Counted from the stretch's first letter, positions 38,900 to 49,627 are shown. The stretch is 64,000 nucleotides of DNA from Acidimicrobiia bacterium (GCA_024637275.1 JAGXFS010000140.1:11562-75561); one strand, 5' to 3'. Program-made: numbers and translations. Notes: a model not told the origin generated them from the letters alone.

Positions 38900-39640
38900 C
38901 TAGACGTCAAGCGTTGCCATGACCTCGTCAGACATGTCAAAGTTGCAGTAAACCGTCTGCACATCGTCTACGTCGTCGAGGGCATCGATAAGCCGCAGCA
39001 CCTTGGGAGCAGTCGACTCGTCGACCGGGACCGAGGTTGATGGCAACTGCGTGACCTCGCCTGATTCGATGGCGATCCCGGCCCCTTCCAAGCCAGCCCG
39101 CACCGTCGTGTAGTCACCCGGTGCGGTGATCACCTCGAACTGGCCACTGGACGGGCGAATATCCTCGGCTCCGGCTTCGAGCGCGGCCATCATGATTTCG
39201 TCTTCATCGCCATCGACGATCATGTACCCCTTCTGCTCGAACAAGTACGCCACCGAACCTGGCTCCCCGAGGTTCCCACCATTGCGACTGAACGCGGCAC
39301 GAACATCCGATGACGCCCGGTTCCGGTTGTCGGTCAGGATATGGACGAGCAACGCGACACCGCCTGGCCCGTAGCCTTCATAGAAGAACTCTTCGTAATG
39401 CGCGCCTTCGATGTCACCGATGCCTCGTTTGATGGCTCGTTCGATGTTGTCGCTCGGCAGCGATTGAGCCTTGGCTTTGTCGATGGCGGTCGTAAGAGCA
39501 GCGTTGGCTGACGGGTCGCCACCACCCGCCCGAGCGGCTGCTTCAATCGCTTTGACCAGCTTGGCGAACAACTTGCCGCGGGCTGCGTCTTGACGCCCTT
39601 TGCGGTGCTTGATGTTCGCCCATTTGGAATGGCCTGCCAT
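38900..39640 (-). CDS. yebC: YebC/PmpR family DNA-binding transcriptional regulator
   Basis: 246 aa starting MAGHSKWANIKHRKG, the invariant YebC N-terminus. Confidence 0.85.
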   Translation of the reverse strand: MAGHSKWANIKHRKGRQDAARGKLFAKLVKAIEAAARAGGGDPSANAALTTAIDKAKAQSLPSDNIERAIKRGIGDIEGAHYEEFFYEGYGPGGVALLVHILTDNRNRASSDVRAAFSRNGGNLGEPGSVAYLFEQKGYMIVDGDEDEIMMAALEAGAEDIRPSSGQFEVITAPGDYTTVRAGLEGAGIAIESGEVTQLPSTSVPVDESTAPKVLRLIDALDDVDDVQTVYCNFDMSDEVMATLDV

Positions 39641-39641
39641 C

Positions 39642-40208
39642 TCAGCTCTCTTTCGTCATCGTGATAAACAAGTGGTGGATTCGCTCATCCTTCGTCAGTT
39701 CGGGATGAAAGGCCGTGGCGAGGATATGCCCTTGCCGGACCATCACCGGATGACCGTCCCAGGTGGCCAGCACGTCGACTTCGTCCCCAAACGACTCTAT
39801 CCACGGTGCGCGGATGAAGACCGCGTGGAACGGATCGTGCAGGCCTGTCACGTCCAGGTCGGCCTCAAATGAATCGTTCTGGTTGCCGAAAGCATTGCGG
39901 CGAACGGAAACATCCAGGGCACCCAACAGCGGTTGCGAGCCTTCTGACAGTCGCTCGGCGAGCAAGATCATTCCTGCGCACGTTCCGTAGGTGGGCAGTC
40001 CCGCCGCAATGGCATCGCGCAATGGGTCGATGAGGCCATAGAGTGTCGCGAGTCGCCCGATGGTGGTGGATTCACCTCCGGGGATGATCAAGCCTTCAAG
40101 GCCGTCCAGGTCTTTGGGCAGGCGAACCTGTCTGGTTGACACGCCAAGGACCTGGAGCATCGCCTCGTGCTCCCGCACATCTCCCTGGAGCGCGAGGACA
40201 CCAATCAT
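39642..40208 (-). CDS. pdxT: Pyridoxal 5'-phosphate synthase glutaminase subunit PdxT
   Basis: 188 aa ([14 protein letters not shown]...) with the catalytic Cys in GTCAGMILL. Confidence 0.9.
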   Translation of the reverse strand: MIGVLALQGDVREHEAMLQVLGVSTRQVRLPKDLDGLEGLIIPGGESTTIGRLATLYGLIDPLRDAIAAGLPTYGTCAGMILLAERLSEGSQPLLGALDVSVRRNAFGNQNDSFEADLDVTGLHDPFHAVFIRAPWIESFGDEVDVLATWDGHPVMVRQGHILATAFHPELTKDERIHHLFITMTKES

Positions 40209-41090
40209 CTACCAACCTCGTTTATCGAACCGCTCGGTTTCGCTCAACGTGTCAATTTCGATCCCGACCATTGGCTCGCCGAGGTTTCGAGAAACCTTCG
40301 CCACAATGGCCGGATCCTGATAGAACGTGGTCGCTTCAACGATCGCTTTGGCTCGCAAGGCCGGGTCACCGCTCTTGAAGATACCCGAACCCACGAACAC
40401 GCCATCGCAGCCGAGCTGCATCATCAGCGCGGCATCCGCAGGTGTAGCGAGACCACCGGCGGCGAAGTTGACGACCGGCAACTTGCCGTTCTTTGCTACT
40501 TCCTGGACCAGGTCGAATGGCGCCTGCAAATCGCGCGCTGCCCGCATGAGCTCTTCAGACCCCATCGTCGATAGCGCCCGAATGTCGCTCGTGATTTGGC
40601 GCATGTGGCGGACCGCCTCGACAACGTTGCCGGTACCGGCTTCGCCCTTGGTGCGGATCATGGCGGCCCCTTCGCCAATCCGGCGGAGCGCTTCTCCGAG
40701 GTTCCTGGCCCCGCAGACAAACGGCGTGGTGAACTGCCACTTATCGATGTGATTTTCTTCGTCGGCAGGTGTCAAAACTTCGGATTCGTCAACGTAGTCG
40801 ACGCCGATCGCCTGGAGGACTTGAGCCTCGACAAAGTGACCGATCCTGGCTTTGGCCATCACGGGAATGGAGACTGCGGCGATGATCTCATCGATCATCT
40901 CAGGGGCGGACATACGCGCCACTCCCCCGTCTTTGCGGATATCAGCGGGAACCCGCTCAAGAGCCATAACTGCCACGGCGCCAGCGTCCTCGGCGATCTT
41001 GGCTTGCTCGGCGTTAACGACGTCCATGATGACGCCGCCTTTGAGCATCTCAGCTAATCCTCGTTTGACTCGATCCGTCGCCTGTTCCAT
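40209..41090 (-). CDS. pdxS: Pyridoxal 5'-phosphate synthase lyase subunit PdxS
   Basis: 293 aa. (beta/alpha)8 barrel with a conserved Lys region (GGVIMDV...) and overall PdxS resemblance. Confidence 0.9.
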   Translation of the reverse strand: MEQATDRVKRGLAEMLKGGVIMDVVNAEQAKIAEDAGAVAVMALERVPADIRKDGGVARMSAPEMIDEIIAAVSIPVMAKARIGHFVEAQVLQAIGVDYVDESEVLTPADEENHIDKWQFTTPFVCGARNLGEALRRIGEGAAMIRTKGEAGTGNVVEAVRHMRQITSDIRALSTMGSEELMRAARDLQAPFDLVQEVAKNGKLPVVNFAAGGLATPADAALMMQLGCDGVFVGSGIFKSGDPALRAKAIVEATTFYQDPAIVAKVSRNLGEPMVGIEIDTLSETERFDKRGW

Positions 41091-41114
41091 CGGCTCTCCT
41101 CGTTTCCCGTAAGT

Positions 41115-42134
41115 CTAGTTCCAGCTTGTCGGCCGGCCATTCGGTACAACTTCAATCCAGGTTGTACCGGGTCCGAGCGGAATCTGGTTCCCGTTTTCAT
41201 CCACAAATGCGAACAGATCTGCGGTCGTTGAACGCTGCCAGGTACCTTCGATGACCTGGCCATCCCGGAAAACGGCAGCACTTCCCGATCCGACGACGTC
41301 GTAGTCCGGAACCGGCGATCCCGCCGAGTCGGTTCGGCCTGTCGGAATCTGGTCCACGAAGACTACGGCGACGTTTGTGGCCGTTATCTGCTCGTCGGTT
41401 GCGTCAAGGTGAGGTTCTCCTCCGACCGAGCGCTCATACGTGCCATTCGCATAGACGTAGCCCACTTCGTTGAGATCCGAAAGACTCAACGTGATCTCGG
41501 AAGCTGGTTCACCGACTCCCTCGGGGAGATCGCCGAACAGCAAAGCCGCCGGCAACCCAAGCGATTCGGTGTCGATCACGTCGACTGTGCGCAAGATGAC
41601 ATCGTAGGGCGCTGGCCGGTCAGCAGACCGGTAATAAGCAGCGTCACCCAACCGCGGAAAACCAACATCAGTGGCGACCGATCTGACCCGGGTAACGACA
41701 AAATCCTGACCACCTGAGTACGAGAAGAGCGCTCCGAATGGTTCGATGATCTTCGGGTCGACTTCCCGGGCACTCCTAATGGGTCCGATCTCGTCGGGGA
41801 CGTTGGATTGGTACACCGCTAGAAATCGCGACACACCACCCTCGACGAGCACATCGAAGACAACATCGGCTCCCGCCAATCCCGACTGGGGGCGCGACGA
41901 TACGGTGTTGTCGATCTTGACGATCAAAACCGGAGCGGTTGTGGCATCCACACCATCCGTTGGCAGGCCGGTGAGCGGCCATACGGCCTGATCAACCAGC
42001 ACCGGGGGTAGCGACGTCGTAGTCGTCGTATCACCAGCAATAGCCGCCCCGGTGGTCGTCGTCGGCTCGTCGCCTGACGAGCAGGCACCAATCACCATGA
42101 GGAAAGCGAGCAAAACGAACATACTGCGACGCAT
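41115..42134 (-). CDS. DUF3048-like secreted lipoprotein
   Basis: Start at the internal MRRSMFVLLAFLMVIGACSS (lipobox). Thr-rich linker followed by a DUF3048-like domain. The family assignment comes from memory of its general composition. Confidence 0.45.
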   Translation of the reverse strand: MRRSMFVLLAFLMVIGACSSGDEPTTTTGAAIAGDTTTTTSLPPVLVDQAVWPLTGLPTDGVDATTAPVLIVKIDNTVSSRPQSGLAGADVVFDVLVEGGVSRFLAVYQSNVPDEIGPIRSAREVDPKIIEPFGALFSYSGGQDFVVTRVRSVATDVGFPRLGDAAYYRSADRPAPYDVILRTVDVIDTESLGLPAALLFGDLPEGVGEPASEITLSLSDLNEVGYVYANGTYERSVGGEPHLDATDEQITATNVAVVFVDQIPTGRTDSAGSPVPDYDVVGSGSAAVFRDGQVIEGTWQRSTTADLFAFVDENGNQIPLGPGTTWIEVVPNGRPTSWN

Positions 42135-42187
42135 CGGACATCCTTGAAGAGAGCTTGGGCGAACCATGCCAAGTTAGCGCTACTTGG

Positions 42188-43186
42188 TTACTTTACCGAG
42201 TCGATCTGATAGAGCTCCACGTACGCATCGGTAACCCTATCCCAGCTGTAGTTGTCCGCTGCTTCCTTAACTCGCAAGCCGAGCCGCTGCGTACCATCGG
42301 GGTCGTCGAGAAGGTTGATCAACTGGCGCGCCAGCGCAGCCGAATCGCCCCTGGGAAACCAGATACCGGCGTCGGCCAATACGCCTCGAAAGGCTGGCAG
42401 GTCCGAGGCCGCTACGGCACAGCCGGCACTCATCGCCTCGACAACGGTTATCCCAAAACTCTCACCACCCAGATTTGGAGCACAAAAGACCGCCGATGCT
42501 CCCAGATGGACGTCCTTGGTCGCTTCGTCAACCCTGCCAAGAAACGAGATTCCTGGCCTGGCTTGTCGTGAAGCCCCCATCACGATCAGCCGAGCGTCGG
42601 GATGAGACGTAAGCACTGTCGGCCAGGCAGCCAGGAGGACGTCGAGCCCCTTGCGCGGCTCATCGCGACCGAGAAAGCTGACTTGTTTGGCGATCCGCTG
42701 ACCGGCGGGGCGAATCTTCCTGACTCCGTTCGGAATGATGTGTACCTCATCGATCCAATCGAGAGCTGATGCAGCGGTCGGCGATACCGCCACAACCGCG
42801 GTATCGGACCCGAGCGCCCACTTCGGCCGAACCCTCCGATACGCCCGACGCATCGCACCCGACGGATCGGCGTGAAACGTCACAACTCTTCGCGGCGCTG
42901 CAACCGACAGGGCGGCCCACGAAACCAAGGGCATCATCGGTTCGTGGATGTGGATCACGTCGAATCCGGCGAGAGCCGTTCGCACCGCGCTAACACTCCT
43001 CGGATCGAGCGAGATCGGAGCTACCGAGCCGTTCGCCCGCCACCGCATGATCCGGCCGTATCGTCGGTCGTCGATCGCTGGCCCTACGACCGCGACCTCG
43101 AACCCTCGCTGGCGGAGTTGACCGGCGAGGCCGAGAACCTGATCTTGCACCCCGCCCGGAACATCCAGGGCGTAGGGGGAGACCAT
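42188..43186 (-). CDS. GT4 glycosyltransferase, PimA-like phosphatidylinositol mannosyltransferase
   Basis: GT-B fold with the EX7E-like C-terminal motif. The position (acyltransferase and pgsA just upstream) matches the actinobacterial pgsA1-acyltransferase-pimA operon. Confidence 0.6.
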   Translation of the reverse strand: MVSPYALDVPGGVQDQVLGLAGQLRQRGFEVAVVGPAIDDRRYGRIMRWRANGSVAPISLDPRSVSAVRTALAGFDVIHIHEPMMPLVSWAALSVAAPRRVVTFHADPSGAMRRAYRRVRPKWALGSDTAVVAVSPTAASALDWIDEVHIIPNGVRKIRPAGQRIAKQVSFLGRDEPRKGLDVLLAAWPTVLTSHPDARLIVMGASRQARPGISFLGRVDEATKDVHLGASAVFCAPNLGGESFGITVVEAMSAGCAVAASDLPAFRGVLADAGIWFPRGDSAALARQLINLLDDPDGTQRLGLRVKEAADNYSWDRVTDAYVELYQIDSVK

Positions 43187-43197
43187 GGCAATCCTGG

Positions 43198-44076
43198 TCA
43201 CGGGCGAACTCGTCGGTCGGACGGCCAGTTGGGTTGCACCATATGCCACTGTTCCGGCGCCTCCCGGATCAAGTCCTCAAGAGCTCTCCCAACTTTTACC
43301 GTGAGAGAAGCAACATCGTCGTCGGCCGCGACCGGAACCGGGGCTTTGATGGACACCCGATGGCCACGGCCATCTTGAAAAAATGACCCAACCGGAACGA
43401 TCGGAGCGCCTGTCTCGAGCGCCAACCGGGCGGGACCGACCGGAAGTCGTGTTTCTTCTCCAAAAAACGAAACGAGTACGCCGCGTCCCGACAGGTTGCG
43501 GTCAGCCAGGAGCGCAACCGCCGCATTACGGCGCAATGCGTCAGAGCAGGTTTCGAACACTTTCTCCCGGCCAGTCGCAATCACGACATCAATCCCGAGT
43601 TCTTTGCGCAGACCGACGAACCAGTCGACGATTCGCTCGTCTTTGAGCTTTTCTGCAACGGCCAACAGTTCGGCCCCTTCAGCAATTGCCACCGTCCCGG
43701 CGACTTCCCAATTACCGACATGGGGAAGCGCAAAGATGACTCCGGTACCGTTGGCCAACGCATGGCGAAAGTGCTCGATGCCTTCGACCTCGATGTGCTT
43801 GCCGATCGAGGCGACCCGCCGGGGACGGATCCAGAAGGTCTCTGCCCAGTAGCGACCGTAGGACTCGAATAGCGAGCGCGCCCGATCGACTGATTGTGAA
43901 CTCGGCTGATCCGGCATCTCTCCCATGACCCTGGCCATAGCCCTGGTGGCGTTGTGCCTGCGCTGCTTAGCCCGGATCCAGGCGATCCGACCCAGTACCA
44001 GCCCGAGGCGTCGCACGGCCCACTCCGGGAGCACACCAAAGACAGTGGACGCCACCCGGAACGCCGAGTAGTTCAT
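43198..44076 (-). CDS. Lysophospholipid/PIM acyltransferase (HtrB/LpxL-like LPLAT)
   Basis: The HX4D acyltransferase motif region (ALPHVGNWE) is present. Start at the internal MNYSAFRV. Conserved position between pgsA and pimA. Confidence 0.55.
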   Translation of the reverse strand: MNYSAFRVASTVFGVLPEWAVRRLGLVLGRIAWIRAKQRRHNATRAMARVMGEMPDQPSSQSVDRARSLFESYGRYWAETFWIRPRRVASIGKHIEVEGIEHFRHALANGTGVIFALPHVGNWEVAGTVAIAEGAELLAVAEKLKDERIVDWFVGLRKELGIDVVIATGREKVFETCSDALRRNAAVALLADRNLSGRGVLVSFFGEETRLPVGPARLALETGAPIVPVGSFFQDGRGHRVSIKAPVPVAADDDVASLTVKVGRALEDLIREAPEQWHMVQPNWPSDRRVRP

Positions 44077-44657
44077 GGGGTTCCGTGTTCGAGCTGCCGC
44101 CAGCTGATGTAAAAGCGCTGCAATACGGTTAGCCAGGTCAACGCCGCCATCGCCCACAACATGACTTCGACGTACTCAATGAAGAGCAGTCCCAAGGTCA
44201 TGAGAATGATCCGCTCGGCCCGACCCATGATGCCTCCCCGCCCGTCGGCACCAAGACTCTCCGCTTTGCCGCGGACATAGGAAACAAGTAGGGAAGCCCC
44301 GAGGCTCAGTACGCACAGGAGGCTCAGCCGTGCCGAGTCAGACAGGGCAAATACCAGCCCGGCCCACATGGCGGTCTCTCCCATCCGGTCGGCAACCGAA
44401 TCCAACAACGCTCCTGACAATGAAGCGGAGCCGCGGGCTCGCGCCACCGATCCATCAAGTCCGTCGAGCGCCGCGCCGACGAGAGCCACCAACGCTCCGG
44501 CGACGAACGCTTCGCGAGCAACCAGAACGGCACCAACGACCGTCACGCTCAGGCCGACCATCGTCAACCAGGTTGGCGTCACTCCGATCCGAGCCAGGCC
44601 ACGTCCGATCGGATTGACCAATCGATCAACGCGCTTTCGAACTCGCAGTTCGATCAT
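44073..44657 (-). CDS. pgsA: CDP-alcohol phosphatidyltransferase (phosphatidylinositol-phosphate synthase-like)
   Basis: Start at the internal MIELRVRKRV. CDP-OH phosphatidyltransferase motif DGxxAR...G...D...D (ALDGLDGSVARARG...DSVADR). The long N-terminal part of the track ORF is discarded. Confidence 0.6.
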   Translation of the reverse strand: MIELRVRKRVDRLVNPIGRGLARIGVTPTWLTMVGLSVTVVGAVLVAREAFVAGALVALVGAALDGLDGSVARARGSASLSGALLDSVADRMGETAMWAGLVFALSDSARLSLLCVLSLGASLLVSYVRGKAESLGADGRGGIMGRAERIILMTLGLLFIEYVEVMLWAMAALTWLTVLQRFYISWRQLEHGTP

Positions 44658-44760
44658 GGCACTCTCTCTCCGGTCAGAAAACCGGTCCGTTCGTCCCTTA
44701 TTTGAAGGTGTGATCAGCGAGTAGGCTACAGGACCGACACCAACCGTTTGGAAGGATGAC

Positions 44761-46044
44761 ATGCAGGAAGCTTCACTCACCATTGGAGACCGTACCGTTA
44801 CCCTGCCAATTACGGTCGGCTCCGAAGGCGAAATGGCCATCGATATCAGTAACCTCCGCAAGGAGACCGGTTTCACCACGTTTGACCGCGGGTTCGGCAA
44901 CACCGCCGAAACGAAGTCGGCCATCACGTTCATCGACGGCGAAAAAGGCATCCTTCGCTATCGCGGCTACCCCATCGAGCAGCTGGCGGAGAACGCCGAC
45001 TTCCTGGAGGTCGCCTGGTTGCTATCGAGTGGCGAACTCCCCACCCGGCCCCAACTGGAAACCTTCACGGAGGAAATCACCTCTCACTCGCTGGTTCGAG
45101 AAGACATGAAACACTTGTTCGAAGCGTTTCCCCACGCGGCTCACCCCATGCAGATACTCGCATCGGAAGTTTCGGCGATGGCCTCCTATTACCCGGACGC
45201 TCTCAATCCAAACGACGAGGAGGCCGTGCGGATTTCGACGACCCGGCTGATCTCCAAGGTGATCACGATGGCCGCCTGGTCTTACAAATACCGGGTACAT
45301 CAACCGTATGTGTATCCGCGCAACGACCTGGATTATTCGAGTCGATTCCTCCATATGATGTTTTCGGTCCCGGCCGAGGAGTACGAACCCGACCCGGTCA
45401 TTTCGAATGCCCTGAACACACTGTTCATTTTGCATGCGGACCACGAGCAAAACTGCTCGGCGTCAACGGTGCGAATCGTCGGCTCGGGGCAGGCGAATCT
45501 CTTTTCTAGCATCGCCTCAGGGATTCACGCCCTTTCAGGCCCGCTCCACGGCGGAGCCAACCAATCTGTCGTCGAGATGCTCACCGAGATGGTTGAGCAA
45601 CCCGGTGACGTCGGTCATTGGGTCGAGCGTGCCAAGGACAAGGATGACCCTTTCCGGCTGATGGGATTCGGGCACCGCGTCTACCGCAATTTCGACCCGC
45701 GGGCAATGATCATCAAAAAAGTCGCCCAGGACGTACTCGATATGCTCGGCCTGGACGATCCGCTGCTGGACATGGCGATGGAACTGGAGAAAATCGTCCT
45801 CGACGACGAATACTTCGTAAGCCGCAAGCTCTACCCGAATGTCGACTTCTACTCCGGGGTCATCTATCGGGCGATGGGTTTCCCGACGGACATGTTCACC
45901 GTGCTGTTCGCCATCGGCCGGATGCCGGGGTGGATCGCCCAGTGGAATGAAATGCACCGTGATCCCACGACCCGCATCGGCCGCCCCCGTCAGATTTACA
46001 CCGGTGAGACCGAGCGGAACTACCCGGGCATCGACGGTTCGTAA
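44761..46044 (+). CDS. gltA: Citrate synthase
   Basis: 427 aa with the citrate synthase signature GFGHRVYRNFDPRA and catalytic His/Asp regions. GGAAGGA lies upstream of the ATG. Confidence 0.9.
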   Translation: MQEASLTIGDRTVTLPITVGSEGEMAIDISNLRKETGFTTFDRGFGNTAETKSAITFIDGEKGILRYRGYPIEQLAENADFLEVAWLLSSGELPTRPQLETFTEEITSHSLVREDMKHLFEAFPHAAHPMQILASEVSAMASYYPDALNPNDEEAVRISTTRLISKVITMAAWSYKYRVHQPYVYPRNDLDYSSRFLHMMFSVPAEEYEPDPVISNALNTLFILHADHEQNCSASTVRIVGSGQANLFSSIASGIHALSGPLHGGANQSVVEMLTEMVEQPGDVGHWVERAKDKDDPFRLMGFGHRVYRNFDPRAMIIKKVAQDVLDMLGLDDPLLDMAMELEKIVLDDEYFVSRKLYPNVDFYSGVIYRAMGFPTDMFTVLFAIGRMPGWIAQWNEMHRDPTTRIGRPRQIYTGETERNYPGIDGS

Positions 46045-46505
46045 AGCGGTTCCACGTAAATCTCTCTAACAAGCTGCCCGGACTGGGCATCAATTTGGAC
46101 CAGGGCTCGCTGGGTGGGCGGCGAGGCAGCGTCATAAACGAGCACGTTCCACACAGGCTTGGCAAACAGGCCCTCAAAGCGAAGCGCCGCCGACGCATGA
46201 CCGACGGCGGCCTCAGTGTTGCGAGCCGCAATCGCCAGTGCCTCTGCATCCGATACAACCAGCGGATGTGCCGATCTGGTGTGGTGCAAAGCCAGTAGAC
46301 CCAGCCCTCCCGCCAGCACCCACATTCCACCCGGAAGCCCGCTAACGGCACCGGCGGCGGCGACGAATGCGCCGACCGCATAGATGCGGGCAGCGATGCG
46401 TCGCCTGACGGGAGACGCGAATAGATATGGGCCGGTGACGTTGGCGTTCAGGTCCTCAGGTACACCTTCGGCGTCAGCCAACTCTTTGGGGATCTCAATG
46501 TCCAC
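46020..46505 (-). CDS. Hypothetical membrane protein encoded immediately downstream of thrS
   Basis: 161 aa with two TM helices and a C-terminal soluble domain. Its start abuts the thrS stop and its 3' end overlaps gltA convergently. No family recognised. Confidence 0.35.
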   Translation of the reverse strand: MDIEIPKELADAEGVPEDLNANVTGPYLFASPVRRRIAARIYAVGAFVAAAGAVSGLPGGMWVLAGGLGLLALHHTRSAHPLVVSDAEALAIAARNTEAAVGHASAALRFEGLFAKPVWNVLVYDAASPPTQRALVQIDAQSGQLVREIYVEPLYEPSMPG

Positions 46506-48443
46506 TTAAGTCTCCTCGCCTGGCAGGACAGCTGCCGACGTTAGACGGTCCGTCGCGTCAGCCAACCCAACGCCACGTTCTTCGTCAAGTCCGCGCATCC
46601 GGAATCCGACAGTGCCATTGGCTACATCGTCGTCGCCAACTACCACCACCGCAGGGATCTTGGAAGTCATCGCCCGTCGGATCTTTTCGCCGACCGTCGC
46701 ATCAGCCAAATCTGCTTCAGCCCGCAACCCCATCGACTTGAAATGACCAACGACAGCCTCTGCGTAGTCATTGTGTCGGTCGGCAACCGGGATCACCTCG
46801 GCTTGGACCGGGGCTAACCACATCGGAAAGGCACCGGCGTAATGCTCAAGCAGCACCCCGAAAAACCGCTCGATCGATCCTGCTTTGGCCGAATGGATCA
46901 TGACCGGACGCTGTCTTTGATTTTCGGCATCGACGTAGTCGATCCCGAAGTTCTCTGGCAGGGCGAAGTCGACCTGAATCGTCGACATCTGCCACCGGCG
47001 GCCAATGGCGTCTTTGATATGGACGTCGATCTTCGGGCCATAGAACGCCCCGTCTCCCTCGGCGATCCGATAAGGAATGTCGGCCAGTTTGAGCGCATCT
47101 TCGAGCGAACGTTCGGCAATGGTCCACAACTCCTGGTCCCCCACCGACTTTTCAGGCTGGGTTGACAAGTCCGCTTCGAACTCGGTAAACCCGAAATCGC
47201 GCAGCCAGGTCAGGACAAAATCCAGGTGCATCGCCAGTTCGTCGTCAACTTGATCGCGTCGACAAAACGTATGGCTGTCGTCCTGGGTGAACCCCCGCGC
47301 TCGCATCATCCCGTGAATGACACCTGACCGCTCGTTCCGATAGACCGCCGCGAGTTCAGACAGTCGGATCGGCAGATCACGGTAGCTTCGACCCCGGCTG
47401 CGGTAGATGAGCACGTGCATCGGACAGCTCATCGGCTTCACCCGGTATTCCTGGCCGCCGTCCATCTCGATGCCCGGGTACATGTTCTCGGCATAAAAAC
47501 TCAGGTGCCCCGAGGTTTCCCACAGGTCGGCCTTGGCAAGATGCGGCGAAAACACAAAGTCGAAACCGAATCGTTCGTGGAGTCGTCGACTGTGATCTTC
47601 CATGATCTTACGAATGACCCCTCCTTTGGGGTGCCACAACACGAGCCCCGATCCCAGTTCGGGCGGCGACGAGAACAGATCTAGTTCGGGCCCTAGTTTG
47701 CGATGATCGCGCAGTTCGGCTTCCTCAAGGCGATGCAAATACTCTTCGAGCGCTTTCTTGGACTCCCAGGCTGTTCCGTAAATCCGTGCCAACTGCGGAT
47801 TGTTCTCATCACCGCGCCAATAGGCGCCGGCCGCTCGGGTCAGCTTGAACGCCTTCAAACGACCCGTGCTCGGCAAATGAGGTCCCCGACACAAATCGAC
47901 AAACGCGTCATTTCGATAGGCCGAGATCACTCCTGAAGACCCGTCAACCTCGCTGTCGTCGACCGATTTCACTATCTCGACTTTGAACTTGTGGTCGGCG
48001 AAAACCTCGAGCGCCTCGTCAGGAGTCAGCTCGAAGCGTTCGAAGGGTTGATCGGCGGCGACAATCTCGGCCATCCGCGCCTCGATCGCCTCGATGTCGT
48101 CGGGGGTGAAGCCTCGACCTATGTCGAAGTCGTAATAGAACCCGTTCTCGATTGCCGGACCGATCGCGAAGGTCGATCCGGGGTACAGACCCAGGACCGC
48201 CTGGGCCATAATGTGAGCCGCCGAATGTCGAATGATGTGGCGACCGGCCTCCGTGGAGTCGGTGATCACCGACAACGAGCCGCTCGGTAGGGCCCGGCTG
48301 AGGTCATATTCGGCTCCGTCAACCGAAACAGCCACCGCCGCCTTGGCAAGCCGTGAGCCGATTGACTCGGCCACTTCAAGACCCGTCGTGCCGTCCTCGA
48401 ACGAATGGGACGAGCCGTCGGGGTAGAGCAGATGTATCGACAC
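46506..48443 (-). CDS. thrS: Threonine--tRNA ligase
   Basis: 645 aa with a TGS domain, the editing-domain HxxxH...CRGPH zinc motif, class II core and an anticodon-binding domain. Confidence 0.95.
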   Translation of the reverse strand: MSIHLLYPDGSSHSFEDGTTGLEVAESIGSRLAKAAVAVSVDGAEYDLSRALPSGSLSVITDSTEAGRHIIRHSAAHIMAQAVLGLYPGSTFAIGPAIENGFYYDFDIGRGFTPDDIEAIEARMAEIVAADQPFERFELTPDEALEVFADHKFKVEIVKSVDDSEVDGSSGVISAYRNDAFVDLCRGPHLPSTGRLKAFKLTRAAGAYWRGDENNPQLARIYGTAWESKKALEEYLHRLEEAELRDHRKLGPELDLFSSPPELGSGLVLWHPKGGVIRKIMEDHSRRLHERFGFDFVFSPHLAKADLWETSGHLSFYAENMYPGIEMDGGQEYRVKPMSCPMHVLIYRSRGRSYRDLPIRLSELAAVYRNERSGVIHGMMRARGFTQDDSHTFCRRDQVDDELAMHLDFVLTWLRDFGFTEFEADLSTQPEKSVGDQELWTIAERSLEDALKLADIPYRIAEGDGAFYGPKIDVHIKDAIGRRWQMSTIQVDFALPENFGIDYVDAENQRQRPVMIHSAKAGSIERFFGVLLEHYAGAFPMWLAPVQAEVIPVADRHNDYAEAVVGHFKSMGLRAEADLADATVGEKIRRAMTSKIPAVVVVGDDDVANGTVGFRMRGLDEERGVGLADATDRLTSAAVLPGEET

Positions 48444-48527
48444 TTAGTAACCGTTTCTGTTGATGCTGGGGCTAGGCTATCAAGCAGAAACGCAGCAGAG
48501 AAGTTGATTACCCAAGGAGTCCACACA

Positions 48528-49361
48528 ATGGACGCAGTCCAGCTGGCCAGGGGCTTGGCGGACGGGGGGCGGGTTAACCAACTTGGAACACCGGGGGATG
48601 CCACCCACACGTTCCGAGTGCACTCGCCGGCCGGGCCATACATCCTGAAAATTTATGAACGTGAAAGCTATGCGAGGCGTGAGGAACGCTCGTTTACCGT
48701 ACTCGACGGGGCCCCAGGCACTCCGGCGATTTTCGAACGAGGCGACACGGACGACACCCATTGGGTGAAGTTCCGCGACCCGGGGGCTTGGACGATGGCG
48801 ACGCTTCCCGAGAATGCCACTGCGGCCGCTAACTGCGGGAGAATCGTGCGAGCGATCCACCAACTCGATACCGCAAACGTCACCAATCTTCATGGGGGTA
48901 TGACGGCCGAGCAGGTGGCCTCTGACTATGAATCCACCTTCCAACGGTTGAATCGGTTCCGTGGCCGACTCAACATAGGCGCCGATGTCATCGAAGCCGC
49001 GATGGCCGTCCCGCCGCCTCGATGCAGCGCACCGACCTTCTCGCACAACAACCCGTCTGCCACGAACTTCTACGTCAACGACTCGGCCGAAGTCACCCTG
49101 TTCGATTGGACATGGGCCACGTTGACGCCGCCCGAGTGGGACTTCACGTTGGCGTATTGGTCGCTCGGGTCGGCGGCGGGTGACAGCGCATCGGCTGCCT
49201 TTGCAGAGGGGTACGGCGCGAACCTGGCCGACGATGATCTCCGGCCATGGATCATTTATCACATCGCGTCGTATCTCATCCGGGAAGCTGAAACATCGAG
49301 CGGTCGGCTTGAGCAGCTCCGTAAGTACGTCGACCAACTGGCGGCCTACGCCACGCTGTAA
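48528..49361 (+). CDS. Phosphotransferase-family protein (APH/choline-kinase fold) with an atypical catalytic loop
   Basis: Start at MDAVQLARGL, preceded by AAGGAG; the track ORF starts at 48405 inside thrS. Kinase-like fold with a DWTWA metal-binding Asp. The Brenner motif reads HNNPSATNF, with Asn where the catalytic Asp is expected. Confidence 0.55.
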   Translation: MDAVQLARGLADGGRVNQLGTPGDATHTFRVHSPAGPYILKIYERESYARREERSFTVLDGAPGTPAIFERGDTDDTHWVKFRDPGAWTMATLPENATAAANCGRIVRAIHQLDTANVTNLHGGMTAEQVASDYESTFQRLNRFRGRLNIGADVIEAAMAVPPPRCSAPTFSHNNPSATNFYVNDSAEVTLFDWTWATLTPPEWDFTLAYWSLGSAAGDSASAAFAEGYGANLADDDLRPWIIYHIASYLIREAETSSGRLEQLRKYVDQLAAYATL

Positions 49362-49429
49362 GCCCCGAAATCCACCAAAACATGCGCTCGTCCGCTTAAC
49401 CTTTAACGAGACGAGGAAAGGACGTACGC

Positions 49430-49627
49430 ATGTTTGGTGTTTTTGGCAATCGATCAGACGGAAACCGGACGGCACATACCAGCCTCTTCTCTTCGGGTGG
49501 AACGGCGACCTACGACCTGGCTGTGGCGGATCTGCCGTGCCCATGGTGTCACGCCCAAACCTCCGATCAGGACACTTCTTGCCCTTCCTGTGGGCGCAGC
49601 TTCGGTGCCGCCGAACTCCAGCTCTAG
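49430..49627 (+). CDS. Small zinc-ribbon protein (65 aa)
   Basis: CPWCH...CPSCG Cys4 pattern. AAAGGA lies upstream of the ATG. It is the only ORF in a 380-bp gap before the patatin gene. Confidence 0.3.
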   Translation: MFGVFGNRSDGNRTAHTSLFSSGGTATYDLAVADLPCPWCHAQTSDQDTSCPSCGRSFGAAELQL

